A DNA stretch of 64,000 nt from Leucoraja erinacea (lineage: Eukaryota), in assembly GCF_028641065.1 (NCBI RefSeq), contig NC_073414.1:8246001-8310000 (forward strand), read 5' to 3'. This document shows, piece after piece, positions 36,266-49,072 of this stretch (the first letter of the stretch is position 1; each line of letters begins with the position of its first letter). The notes below the pieces were generated by a model. The model had not been told where the DNA came from. It ran no database searches and saw only the letters and a list, made by a program, of their open reading frames with translations. Made by a program: the position numbers and the translations under genes.

Positions 36266-37355
36266 TGAAATTGATAAAGCCGAATTTTGGTTAAAAATAT
36301 AAGAAGATATTAAATTGGCCTCTGGGCTAGCTTACAGCTTATATTTAGTCTCAGATTAGGCTTGCCTCAGGTTGCGGTGGGTGAGATAATAAATACTATA
36401 ACATTGTCTCCCAAGTGACAAGCAGAGAAGGAGCTAGATAGGTCTCTTTGATGTATTGGAAAAGTAAGATGTTGTAAACCAAATGTCCTATGTTTATGAG
36501 GGAGGAGGTGACGAGAGAGGAAGCAGAGAAGGAGCTAGAGTGATCTCTTTGATGTAAGATGCCTGGCACCAAGTGGCCTATGTTTATGAGGGAGGAGGTG
36601 ACGAGAGAGGCTAGATCTCTTTGATGTATTTGAAAAGTAAGATGTTGTAAACCAAGTGTCCTATGTATATGAGGGAGGAGGTGACGAGAGAGGAACCAGA
36701 GAAGTAACTAGATCTCTTTGTTTAAGAGGGAACTGCAGATGCTGGAGAATCGAAGGTTACACAAAAAAGCTGGAGAAACTCAGCGGGTGCAGCAGCATCT
36801 GTGGAGCGAAGGAAATAGGCAACGTTTCGGGCCAAAACCCTTCTTCAGACTGAAGGAAATAGGCAACGTTTTGGGCCGAAACCCTTCCGGGTTTCGGCCC
36901 GAAACGTTGCCTATTTCCTTCGCTCCATAGATGCTGCTGCACCCGCTGAGTTTCTCCAGCTTTTTTGTGTAACTAGATCTCTTTGATGTATTTGAAAACT
37001 AAGATGACATAAACCAAATGGCCAATGTTTTTAATTTATCCTGTACCATGTGACAAAATGCCTTTGATGTGATGCATTCTGTAGAAACCTTTTCCTGTAC
37101 CTCTGACCATGACTAATGTCTATCGAATGTGCTAAGGTGACAAAAAACCCCACTATGTAATGCAATGTAATTCTGTTGTTCAGAGAAGTGGACTGAGGAC
37201 AGTGAAGTGTCTACATTGATCACTTGACTGGAGTTCTCCCTCCCTTCCATCGGCCGATAATAAGTAAAGTTTTGAACTGGTCTACCAAACAGTTTGTGTG
37301 TTGTCTGTTTATTAAGAAGCGAACCTGTTTAGTTGTTATAAAAGTAACTTTTTCA
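36266..37355 (+). mobile_element. Possible solo LTR with internal tandem repeats and a nested Penelope palindrome
   Basis: TGAAA...TTTCA ends; three copies of 'tatgtttatgagggaggaggtgacgagagagg'; U5-like GT-rich end. No TSD seen. Confidence 0.35.
36721..36968. mobile_element. Palindromic Penelope terminal-repeat insertion
   Basis: Inverted copies of the terminal repeat flanked by the exact 17-bp duplication gtaactagatctctttg (36704-36720, 36969-36985). Confidence 0.8.
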
Positions 37356-37924
37356 AAATGATTTGTCTCATGCTCCTGTGAAGCTACGGGAGCGCATCCT
37401 TCATTGAAGTTGCTTCTATATGTAAAGGAAATTATCTACAACAATCTCACCAATTATTATTTGTATTGGCAAAGCAGGTATCTGCTGATGGACCCTTGTT
37501 GAAAGGCCGTCATAGACTCGAGATATCCTAAACTGATTTATCACCTCTCTAGGCCCGTCTGCGATTTGTGGACCATCTCAAACACGTCAATTGGATATAA
37601 TCCTGAAGAGCTCCAAACTAAACCTACTACAAAAACACAAGGTAGACAAAAATGCTGGAGAAACTCAACAGGTGAGGCAGCATTTATGGAGCGAAGGAAA
37701 ATAGGTGATGTTTTGGGTCGAGACCCTTCTTCAGGTTTTCCAACATCTGCAGTTCCTTCTTAAACAAAAACACAATGAACTATTTATCAGGACCTCAACC
37801 ATTCTGTTGTTAACATTTAAATATCTGATCAGCCTATGATTTCAATGTCACATTATTATCCTATATTGTGCCCTGTACTTTATATTTAATCTGCAGCCTT
37901 TCACCTATCATATATTCAGTCTTA

Positions 37925-38092
37925 TGAATGAAGGAATGAAGGATTGATGAATTAATGAAGGAATGAATGGAGGATGAAATGAAGGAATGAATGAATTAAT
38001 GAAGGGATGAATGGAGGATGAAATGAAGGAATGAATGAATTAATGAAGGAATGAATGGAGGAATGAAGGAAGGAACAAATGAATGAAAATGA
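37925..38092. repeat. (GAAT/GGAA)n low-complexity repeat
   Basis: Tandem gaat/gaag units running into a gap. Confidence 0.9.
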
Positions 38093-39799
38093 NNNNNNNN
38101 NNNNNNNNNNNNNNNNNNNNNNNNNNNNNNNNNNNNNNNNNNNNNNNNNNNNNNNNNNNNNNNNNNNNNNNNNNNNNNNNNNNNNNNNNNNNNNNNNNNN
38201 NNNNNNNNNNNNNNNNNNNNNNNNNNNNNNNNNNNNNNNNNNNNGAATGATACTGTATTGTCACATCCGATAGGTCACAGTGATATGTTTGTTTTACACA
38301 CTCAAGGTATACAAAGAGTCGCAACATAAAGGGCGCTAACAAAGTATTCCATTTATAACACAATTTGTGGTCCCCATTAGTTCTCAGCAGCAAGTCTGAC
38401 CCCCGGCACGCATGCGGGCCCGTCCTCGACTGCCGCTCCCGAGGCCTCGACCGCCTTTGCGCGCCCTCGAGCTTGTCCTCACCGCCGGCGCCGTCCTCGA
38501 CCTCGACCCGACCAGACCGCTCTTGACGACACGACTTCAACCGCTAGCCCCCTCATTGACCGCCAGACCAACCTCCCCGATGACCATCGGCCCATCCTCG
38601 GCCACCGGCACCTTCTTGACCGCGAGGACCAACGGCTCCGCGGCGTTGACCCAGTCTAGCCACCGGCGACCTACTGCCCAGCTCATGGCCTCCTGGGGTT
38701 CCCCGCTCTTCCTCTTTGCTTGTGTACTTGTTTAAAATCTCTTCTATTTTTATGTTTGTTTTCAGATAGAACGTTTGTGGAATTCTCTGCCACAGAAGGC
38801 AGTGGAGGCCAATTCACAGGATGTTTTCAAGAGAGAGTTAGATATAGTTCTTCGGGCTAATGGGAATCAAGGGATATAGGGAGAAAACAGGAATTGGTTA
38901 TTGATTTTGGATGATCAGCCATGATCATATTGAATGGCGGTGCTGGCTCAAAGGGCTGAATGGTGTACACCTATTTTCTATGTTTCTTTTTCTTAAATGT
39001 TTCTCTCCAAACATTATCCGAGTATTTCCAGCGTTTATTCCTGATGCTTCACCATTCATGATATTTGCCTTTGGATTTAAGCTGTAATGCAATGTCAGGA
39101 ATGCCCATCTTATCGATCTGCCAACACTTCTAATGCCACCCCTTCCTCTCTCTCGCAAGATCACTCTGCAAATTTCCCCAATCTCCACGTTCCACTCCAT
39201 TGGACTCCATTCAGGGAATCATCTTCTGTTCTCTCTGGTATCTGCTTGTGATGTAATGCCTTCTTTACCACTCAGTCATGTTGCAACTAACAGGGTGCTA
39301 TGGACATGGACCCCAAGATCCCTCTGTACATAAATGCTGTTCATAAGGTTCCTGTCATTGACTCCATGCTTTCCCCTTACATTGAAACCAACCTCAGCTT
39401 GCGTCCTGATGGCATGAACGTTGAATTCTCCCAGTTTTGCTAGCCCTTGCTGTCTCCTCCCCTTCCTTAACCCTCGAGCTGTCTCCTCCCATCCCCCTGC
39501 CCCTCGGGCTCTTCCTCCTCCATTTTTCCTTCCTTCTCCCCCCCATCAGTCTGAAGAAGGGTTTCGGCCCGAAACGTCACCTATTTCCTTCGCTCCATAG
39601 ATGCTGCTGCACCCGCTGAGTTTCTCCAGCATTTTTGTGTACCCTAACATCTCAGACTAGCCTGGATTAAACTCCATCTGCCATTTCTCTAGTCAAGAGA
39701 GTTTATTGTCATGTGTCCCAGATAGGGCAATGAAATTCTTGCTTGCTGCAGCACAACAGAGTATTGTAAGCAAAAATACAGAACCGTTCACAAAAAATA

Positions 39800-40180
39800 C
39801 AGAAACTTACAAAATTCTTAAGGGGTTGGACATGCTAGATGCAGAAAGATTGTTCCCGATGTTAGGGAATTCCAGGACAAGCGGTCACAGCTTAAGGATA
39901 AGGGGGAAATCCTTTAAAACCGAGATGAGAAGAACTTTTTTCACGCAGAGAGTGGTGAATCTCTGGAACTCTCTGCCACAGAGGGTAGTTGAGGCCAGTT
40001 CATTGGCTATATTTAAGAGGGAGTTAGATGTGGCCCTTGTGGCTAAGGGGATCAGGGGGTATGGAGAGAAGGGCAGGTACGGGATACTGAGTTGGATGAT
40101 CAGCCATGATCATATTGAATGGCGGTGCAGGCTCGAAGGGCCGAAAGGCCTCCTCCTGCACCTAATTTCTATGTTTCTAA
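39800..40180 (+). mobile_element. CR1/HER1-type LINE 3' fragment
   Basis: 'ETYKILKGLDMLDAERLFPMLG...FFTQRVVNLWNSLP' plus the tail. Confidence 0.9.
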
Positions 40181-40494
40181 TATACACATAAATAAGCAGA
40201 TAAAGTGTGATATTTATTGTCTTTCAAAGTTTTGGTTTGAATAAAATTGCGTACCTTGCAGTTATGACAGAGAATAAAATAACTGAACACACACTTAACA
40301 CAGTTTAACATCCACCACCGGAGTCTACCAGGCACCTCTCATTGTGATGGAAGGCAAATGTCTTAACGTCCTTGTCTCTTCCTTCCTTGTTCTCCCTCTG
40401 CGTTGAGGCATCCCTCATCCCAATTCAATCCACCTCCAGTTGAAATTCCATTTGGAATATTTTGGAGGACCAAGAAACCAAAACTAAAAGCGTA

Positions 40495-40962
40495 TTCCCG
40501 GGATGGCAGGACTATCAGATGCTGAGAGAATGGAGCGGCTGGGCTTGTACACTCTGGAGTTTAGAAGGATGAGAGGGTATTTCATTGAAACATATAAGAT
40601 TGTTAAGGGTTTGGACACGCTAGAGGCAGGAAACAAGTTCCCGATGTTGGGGGAGTCCAGAAACAGGGGCCACACACAGTTTAAGAACAAGGAGTAAGCC
40701 ATTTAGAACAGAGATGAGGAAACACTTTTTCTCACAGTGAGTGGTGAGTCTGTGGAATTCTCTGCCTCAGAGGGCGGTGGAGGCGGGTTCTCCGGATGCT
40801 TTCAAGAGAGAGCTAGACAGGGCTCTTAAAAATAGTGGAGTCGGGGATTTGGGGAGAAGGCAGGAACGGGGTACTGATTGGGGATGATCAGCCATGATCA
40901 CATTGAATGGTGGTGCTGGCTCGAAGGGCCGAATGGCCTACTCCTGCACCTACTGTCTATTG
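40495..40962 (+). mobile_element. CR1/HER1-type LINE 3' fragment
   Basis: 'IPGMAGLSDAERMERLGLYTLEFRRMRG' through to the ctcctgcacc tail. Confidence 0.88.
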
Positions 40963-42168
40963 GGATTATAGATATTCCAGGTTTTTGTCGCTGTAATTCT
41001 TTGCCCCGGTTCTATTCTGAGCCTGGATTGTGCCCGTAAAACAATGCCAATGCAAGTTTCCACAAAGGTGGTAGAGCTGCTGCCTCACGTTCGCCAGGGA
41101 CCCGGGTTCGATCCTGACCACGGGCGCTGTGTCTGTGTGGAGTTTGCACGTTCTCCCCGTGACCTGCGCGGGTTTTCTCCGGGTGCCCCTGTTTCCTCCC
41201 ACACTCCATAAGGCCGACAGGTTAATTGACTTGGGTAAAATTGTCAATTGTCCCTAGTGTGTGTAGGGTAGTGTTACGAACATTCTGCTAGTTTGAAGGG
41301 AGGGGGAAACTCGGGAGAATTCGTGAAAAACCTCGGGAAAGTGGGACAGGCCCTTCGGCGTGGGCCGAAGAGCCTGTTTCTGCGCTGTATCTAAAATCAA
41401 ATCATTTCTTTGTACCTACTTTCCAGACGTCCCTCCTTGGTCTAAACTTGTTTTTATTTGGGTCCTCCCATTCTCTCCACCAACAAAGTCCCTCGGCTGC
41501 CGAGGACGTTTCAGACGTTTGAGAGACCAGATAGACAGGATCAAATATCTTACTCCGCTCTAAGATCTTCGGACAGGATGTTTTTCGCTCCTTGCTGGAT
41601 CTTTCAGGCTCTGAACCGCTCCCTTCCCCTCCCGAGAGTGGGTGGCCCGCTCCGAGGAGAGGTTGGTGTGGGTGTAGGTGGAGGAAGGAACCGCAGAGGC
41701 TGGGTTAAACCGAAGGTAGATATTGCTAAAAGCTGGAGTAACTCAGCGGGACAGGCAGAGAAGGAATGGATCCACCAATGGGTCCACTCAGCCCGAAACG
41801 TTGCCCATTTCCTTCGCTCCATAGATGCTGCTGCACCCGCTGAGCTTCTCCAGCTTTTTTGTGTACCTTCGATTTTCCAGCATCTGCAGTTCCTTCTTGA
41901 GCACCAATTCCTTCTCTCCAGAGATGCTGCCTGTCTCGCTGACTGGGTTACTCCAGCTTTTAGCAGTGTCTATAGGTTCTTTGGTGTGTGTCTATGTTCG
42001 GGTGAGGTTCAACGTGTGTAATTCGTTCTGTTGATACCAGAGGTGGTGATGTACAAGAGTTGGACTTGGTTTGCAATGACGGCCCTGGACGTCACTATCG
42101 GCTAGAGGTTGCACCAGGGGGCAGCCCGGGGACGTGGACATTGCACAAAGTGTTACCATCGCGGCAGG

Positions 42169-42489
42169 ATGGTGTTGAGACCCATCAGGACCAGGCGGCA
42201 GCTCGCCACGCTGCTGGAGGAGGAAGAGGAGTCCCTGGTGGTGGTCTTCTTCGGGGCCAAATGGTGCAACAACTGCGCTAGCATCAAACCCTACTTCAAG
42301 ATGAAATCCGACCAGAACCGCGACGTCATCTTCGCCGAGGTGGACGTGGATGAGTCGGAGGATTTGGCCAGGGCTGTGGGCATCACCTGCATGCCCACCT
42401 TCCACTTCTATAGATGCCAGGAGAAGGCTGGAGAGTTCTCTGGGACCAAGAGGGAGAAATTGGACCGCCTGATAGCGCAGTTGAAATAA
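42169..42489 (+). CDS. Intronless thioredoxin-like protein 2 (106 aa, WCNNC)
   Basis: Full TXN-fold sequence 'LVVVFFGAKWCNNCASIKPYF...VIFAEVDVDESEDLARAVGITCMPTFHFY...GEFSGTKREKL'. ATG in aggATGG. ATTAAA at 42518. Confidence 0.9.
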   Translation: MVLRPIRTRRQLATLLEEEEESLVVVFFGAKWCNNCASIKPYFKMKSDQNRDVIFAEVDVDESEDLARAVGITCMPTFHFYRCQEKAGEFSGTKREKLDRLIAQLK

Positions 42490-42650
42490 CACCGCCGCGT
42501 TTTAATCTTCAAAAATGATTAAATGGACTTGTCCAATTACCCTAGGAAGGAATTCGGCTCATCGAGTCTATGCCAGCTCACAGAGCCAAGCATCCCCACT
42601 CCTTTATCATTTCCTCTATAACTGAAGATAGACACTAAACGCTGGAGTAA

Positions 42651-43363
42651 AGGGCCTGTCCCACTTTCACGAGTTATTCACGAATTCTCCCGAGTTTTCC
42701 CCTTGATTCAAACTCGCAGAATGTTCGTAACGAGTCTGTAGGAGTTTGTAGATATATCGTAGCGCCCGTTATGCCAGTCGTAGGTACTCGTGGCATCAGT
42801 TAATAGCCCTGTCCCACTATGCAAGTTCATTCAAGAGCTCTCCAGAGTTTAAAAAAAAATCAAACTCGTGGTAAGCACGGAGAATGTACGTAGCGGGTAC
42901 GTCGGAGCTCGGGGACATCTCTTAGCGGCTCGCAACGCTAACGGCAGGTACTCGGGAAGACTCGCTAACGGCAGGTAAGCTCGGGAAGACTCGTGAAGAT
43001 TTTTCAACATGTTGAAAAATGTCCACGAGAGCCCTGAGTACCGACGAGTGGCCATTACCGTAAATCTCCGAGTTCGAATCAGGGCAAACTCGGGAGAACT
43101 CTTTGAATGAAATTGTACAGTAGGGGACAGTCGGGACGTTTTTTCAAGCCCACAAGTAAAAAAAAAGTAAAAAGCAACTTTTTACTCGTAAGGAGGGCAT
43201 CGAAATAGTCGTGGGAATTCGTAGACATACTCATAGGAGTTCGTGAACATAGTCGTGGAAGGTCGTAGGAGTTCGTAGATTACCACAATCTTGATTTTTT
43301 TTTTTTAGGTCCTTTAAACTCGGCAGAGGTTTTGAATTAAGTCGTGAAAGTGGGACACGCTCT
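42651..43363. mobile_element. PIF/Harbinger-like MITE with a second related MITE nested inside (~42804-43130)
   Basis: TIRs agggcctgtcccactttcacg / cgtgaaagtgggacacgctct. TAA target duplication splits a Penelope terminal repeat (gctggagTAA ... TAActcagcggg). Confidence 0.8.
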
Positions 43364-45925
43364 TAACTCAGCGGGACGGGCAGCATCTCTGGAGAGAAGG
43401 AATGGGCGACGTTTCGGGTCGGGACTCGAGACCCTTCTTCAGTCGCCCGAGATTCTACATAAGGATATCTGGGGCACCAGGGCCAATTAAACTAACACAT
43501 CCAGATGTGAGGGAGGATTCAGGGGTCACAATCAGAATGGGCGAACTCCACACAAGGTAGGTATCCGAGGTAAGGATTGAACCTGGGTCACTGCGGTTGT
43601 GAGGCGGCAACTCTCCTGGGCAGCCCCTTGCACATAGACTCGCATTTCACAGACTTGTACCCAGGGAAGTCTGTGCAGATTCTTTGAAAGCCATTCATTA
43701 GTTATAAGTTGTAGAAACAAAGAACTGCAGATGCTGGTTTATACCAAAGATAGACACAAAGAGCTGGAGTAATTCAGCCGGTCAGGCAGCATCTCTGAAG
43801 GAAAGGAATAGGTGACATTTTGGGTCGCGACCGTTTGTCAGAATTCATGAACTATTTGCAAGTTCTCGCTCCTTTCCACTAAAGTCTTTTTTGTTTATCC
43901 ACTCTAAGCTAATATCTAGATTCCATTCTGAAAGCTACTACAGGCAGTGGATGTCAGACGTTAACTTGCAACATTCTCTGGCAAGAACCAAAACGCTGAA
44001 AGACCTCAGCCGGACAGTATCGGTGGAGGGAATGGGACAAGCAACGTTTCGGGTTGGGACCCTTCTTCTGTTTTTTTCACACAGAGAGTGGTGAATCTCT
44101 GGAACTCTCTGCCACAGAGGGTAGTTGAGGCCAGTTCATTGGCTATATTTAAGAGGGAGTTAGATGTGGCCCTTGTGGCTAAGGAGATCAGGGGGTATGG
44201 AGAGAAGGCAGGTACGGGATACTGAGCTGGATGATCAGCCATGATCATATTGAATGGCGGTGCAGGCTCGAAAGGCCGAATGGCCTACTCCTACTCCTAA
44301 TTTCTATGTTTCTATGTTTCTATGTATGATTGAGGAGAGGCGAGACAACTGTGGGGGGGGGGGGGGGGGGGAGATAGGTTGGGGCAAGAGGTAGATAGCA
44401 AGTGACAGGTGGATCCAGGTGAGGAGGGTGGGGAAAATAAAATAATTAAAATGGTGAAATCTGAAAAGGAAGGAAAGTGGGGAATGAAATGTAGACAATA
44501 GGCAATAGACAATAGGTGCAGGAGTAGGCCATTCGGCCCTTCGAGCCAGCACCATCATTCAATGTGATCATGGCTGATCATCCCCAATCAGTATCCCGTT
44601 CCTGCCTTCTCCCCACATCACCTGACTTCACTTTCTTTAAGCCCTATCTAGCTCTCTAGTGAAAGTATCCAGAGAACCGGCCTCAGACTAACACAGGTCT
44701 CTGTGAGAAAAAAAGTGTTTCCTCATCTCCGTCAGTCCATCAGTCTTTTCAGTTGAGTTGAGTTGAGTTTATTTTCATGTGTCCATGTGTACAGTGAAAA
44801 GCTTTTGTTCAACTGAACCATAGGGAGGGATAGTGGGTACAAGGGAATGTGTGTGTTGTGAGGAGGGAGAGAGAAGAACAAATGAAGACCTGGGTAGGAA
44901 GATGAGCAGACGGGGAGGTAGATGAAGGGAGCTAGAGTCAGGAAACATGTTACTGATGTTGGGGGAGTCCAGAACCAGGGGCCACAGTTTGAGAATAATG
45001 GGGAAGGCCATTTATAAAGTAGAGGAATAACTTTTTCACCCAGAGAGTTGTGAGTCTGTTGAATCCTTTGCCTCAGAAGGTGATGGATGACAATTCTCTT
45101 GATGCTTTCAAGAGAGTTTGATAGAGTTCTTACAGACAGCAGAGTCGGGGCATATGGGGAGAAGGTAAGAACAGCGAACTGATTTTGGATGATCAGCCAT
45201 GATCACATTGATTGTGGTGCTGGCTCGAAGGGCCGAATGGCCTACTCTTGCACCTATTGTCTATTGAAAGGAATGGGGTGATGGGGCAGGAGGAATGGAA
45301 ATTAAGTTGTGTGCAGGTGAGGAGAAGGTGAGAGGTGGGGGGTTACATAAGGTTGGATATGTTGCAATGTTGATGCCATTGTGGAGTAGCCAAAGCACAA
45401 GCAAAATATGAGACGCTGTCCTTTCAGCTTGTGCGAGGCCCCATTCTGAAACATTTTGGAAGCCGAGGACATGTTCGATGATTCACTGCAAAATGTTTTG
45501 GAAGAATTGTATGATTTTAGAATACCTGCTTCTTAATTTCGAATACAAAAACACTGTGTTTGTGCAGCGTAGAGTTGCTGCCTCACAGCGCCAGAGACCC
45601 AGGCTCGATCCTGACAATGAGTGCTGTCTGTGCGACTTTTGTACCTTCTCCCCTTGACTGCGTAGGTTTCCTCCATGTGCTCTGTGTCCTCCCACATTTC
45701 AAAGACGTGCAGGTTTGTAATTTCTCAGCATATTGTAATTGGCATCTAAATTGCCCCTGGTGAGAGACATGCACAATAGGCAATAGACAATAGGTGCAGG
45801 AGGAGGCCATTCGGCCCTTCGAGCCAGCACCGCCATTCAATGTGATCATGGCTGATCATCCCCAATCAGTACCCCGTTACTGCCTTCTCCCCATATCCCC
45901 TGACTGCTATTTTTAAGAGCCCTAT

Positions 45926-46664
45926 CATTGAGGATAAATGGGGATACTGTGGATAGGGTGAGCGGTTTTAAATACCTGGGAGTCCACATCTCTGAGGATA
46001 TGACATGGACATCACACGCCGCAGCACTCGTGAGTAAGGCAAGGCAGCGCCTTAACCACCTTAGGCAATTGAGGAAATTCAGAGTGTCTCCGAGGATCCT
46101 CCAGTGCTTCTACTCAGCGGCTGTGGAAAGCATCTTGTCCAGAAATATTACCATCTGGTTTGGGGATTGCTCTGCCCAGGACAAGAAGGCTCTGCAGAGA
46201 GTAGTGCGTTCAGCCGAACGCACTATGGGAACTTCACTCGCCCCCCTGCAGGAACTATACATCAGAAGGTGCAACTCCAGAGCAAATAAAATCATGGGAG
46301 ACCCCTTCCACCCCTGCAACGGACTGTTCCAGCTGCTATGGTCAGGCAAACGCCTCCGTTGCCATGCTGTGAGAACGGAGAGGTTGAGAAGGAGTTTCTT
46401 CCAAGCGGCCATTAGGACTGTAAACTCCTATCTCACCAGGGACTAACTTTACTGAACCACTCTACTGCTTTTTTTTTATTTGCTGTCCCTTAATTTTCCC
46501 TTTTTCCTTCCGCCCACAATACTTAATATGTAAAATATGTGATTCTGTTTGTAGTTTGTTTGTTTGTTTGTTTTGTTTGCACAAAGTCCGCGAGCATTGC
46601 CACTTTTCATTTCACTGCACATCTCGTATGTGTATGTGATGAATAAACTTGACTTGACTTGACT
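45926..46664 (+). mobile_element. Rex1/Babar LINE 3' fragment inserted in a CR1 fragment
   Basis: ORF 45928-46446 'FKYLGVHISEDMTWTSH...KARQRL..LRQLRKF...ESILS..ITIWFG'. (CTTGA)n tail. The host 'gagccctatc|tagctctctc' is split. Confidence 0.88.
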
Positions 46665-48136
46665 TAGCTCTCTCTTGAAAGCACCCAGAGAACCAGCCTC
46701 CACTGCCCTCTAAGGCAGAGAATTCCACAGACAAAAGTAGGATAACATGGAACTATTATACAGATGATGGTTGGTCGATGCGGACTCAGTCGGCCAAAGG
46801 GCCTGTTTCTATGCTGTATTTCCATGTCTGAACTAAAATACCCTTTCATGACTTAACTGTTCACACTATTCCAAACAAGTCTTCTTAAAGACTCGTCTAT
46901 CACCAAAACCAGTTTCCTTCCCACTTTCAGTCATCCTGGCATCATCAAACCTATTATAGAGTGAATGTGTAAGAAAGAACTGCTGATGCTGGAAAAATCG
47001 ATGGTCGACAAAAATGCTGGAGTAACTCAGCGGGTGAGGCAGCATAAATGCTGCCTCACCCGTTCAGTTACTCCAGCATTTCTGTCTATTATAGAGTGAG
47101 GGCCTCTTCTGCTTATGCTCCACCTGATTATGCTCCACCTAAATGCATTGACAGTATATCTCAAAACCACCTACCCGCCTTGTTTCTATGTTTAAGAAGG
47201 AACTGCAGATGCTGGAAAATCAAAGGTAGACAAAAATGCTGGAGTAACACAGCGGGTGAGGCAGCATCTATGGAGAGAAGGAAATAGGCAACGTTTCGGG
47301 TCGAGACCCTTCTCCAGACTCTATCACAGAGGGGGTGGGGGGGCAGTGAGGGAGGAGGTTGTTGAACTGTCTTCGGAGGGAGGAGAACTTCAAAGTAGGC
47401 ATACCTTGAAGAGATATCGCAGTGGAGCAGACAAAATGTTTAAGAAGGAACTACAGATGCTGGAAAATTGAAGGTAGACAAAAATGCTGGAGAAACTCAG
47501 CGGGTGAGGCAGCATCTATGCAGCGAAGGAAGTTGGTAACGTTTCGGGTCGAAACCTTTCTTCAGACTACTTTCATTTACATGACATTGCTCTTTCCCAG
47601 AAGGTTGAGTCTGAAGGTGGGTCTCGACCCAAAACGTTGCCTATTTCCTTCGCTGCATAGATGCTGCCTCACCCGCTGAGTTTCTCCAGCATTTTTGTCT
47701 GCCTTCATTCTCTAATCCTTTACAGTATTTAATCAATCCTAGTCTTGAAGGTTTTAAAGAACTTCGCCACAACTGAGGGTTATAGATTTACATTTTTGTA
47801 CTTTTTCATTGTCCACACTCGAAGTCTGCCTCGTTCTGATACCCTCCAGCAGAAATCGTTTCAAAGATTGCTTACTGACAATAGCCCCAAATCTCATTTT
47901 AAGCCATGGTATAAAGTATTAATTCAAAAACTAATTTCGACTTCTTTAGGAATATGCAGTGCCCTCCATAATGTTTGGGACAAAGACCCATAATTTATTT
48001 ATTTGCCTCTATACTCCACAATTTGAGATTTGTAACAGAAAAAAATCACACGTGGTTAAAGTGTACATTGTCAGATTTTAATAAAGGCCATTTTTATACA
48101 TTTTGGTTTCACCATGTAGAAATTACAGCTGTGTTT

Positions 48137-48985
48137 AGAAACATAGAAACATAGAAATTAGGTGCAGGAGTAGGCCATTCGGCCCTTCGAGCCTGGCACC
48201 GCCATTCAATATGATCATGGCTGATCATCCAACTCAGTATCCCGTACCTGCCTTCTCTCCATACCCCCTGATCCCCTTAGCCACAAGGGCCACATCTAAC
48301 TCCCTCTTAAATATAGCCAATGAACTGGCCTCAACTACCCTCTGTGGCAGAGAGTTCCAGAGATTCACCACTCTCTGTGTGAAAAAAGTTCTTCTCATCT
48401 CTGTTTTAAAGGATTTCCCCCTTATCCTTAAGCTGTGACCCCTTGTCCTGGACTTCCCTAACATCGGGAACAATCTTCCTGCATCTAGCCTGTCCAACCC
48501 CTTAAGAATTTTGTAAGTTTCTATAAGATCCCCTCTCAATCTCCTAAATTCTAGAGCGTATAAACCAAATCTATCCAGTCTTTCTTCATAAGACAGTCCT
48601 GACATCCCAAGAATCAGTCTGGTGAACCGTCTCTGCACTCCCTCTATGGCAATAATGTCCTTCCTCGGATTTGGAGACCAAAACTGTACGCAATACTCCA
48701 GGTGTGGTCTCACCAAGACCCTGTACAACTGCAGTAGAGTTGCCTATTTCCTTCGCTCCATAGATGCTGCTGCACCCGCTGAGTTTCTCCAGCTTTTTTT
48801 AATTTTTTTTTATGTAACCTGCAGTAGAACCTCCCTGCTCCTATACTCAAATCCTTTTGCAATGAAAGCTAACATACCATTCGCTTTCTTTACTGCCTGC
48901 TGCACCTGCATGCCTACCTTCAATGACTGGTGTACCATGACACCCAGGTCTCGCTGCATCTCCCCCTTTCCCAATCGGCCACCAT
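48137..48985 (-). mobile_element. CR1/HER1-type LINE inserted in the Tc1 left TIR
   Basis: ORF 48234-48728 encodes a CR1 RT C-terminus. The TIR sequence resumes at ~48995. A Penelope fragment is nested at ~48739-48815. Confidence 0.9.
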
Positions 48986-49072
48986 ACACTGGTTTATACA
49001 TAGACCCCCCCCATTTCAGGGCACCATAATGTTTGGGACACAGTAATGTCATGTAAATGAAAGTAGTCATGT

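Noticed and set aside
37450-37605. Minus-strand segment bounded by plausible acceptor and donor
   Set aside because: Stops in all three frames; no support as a coding exon.
38340-38735. GC-rich ORFs (107 aa on +, 166 aa on -), checked as possible SERTAD
   Set aside because: No SERTA or other recognisable motif; the flank resembles a retroelement tail.
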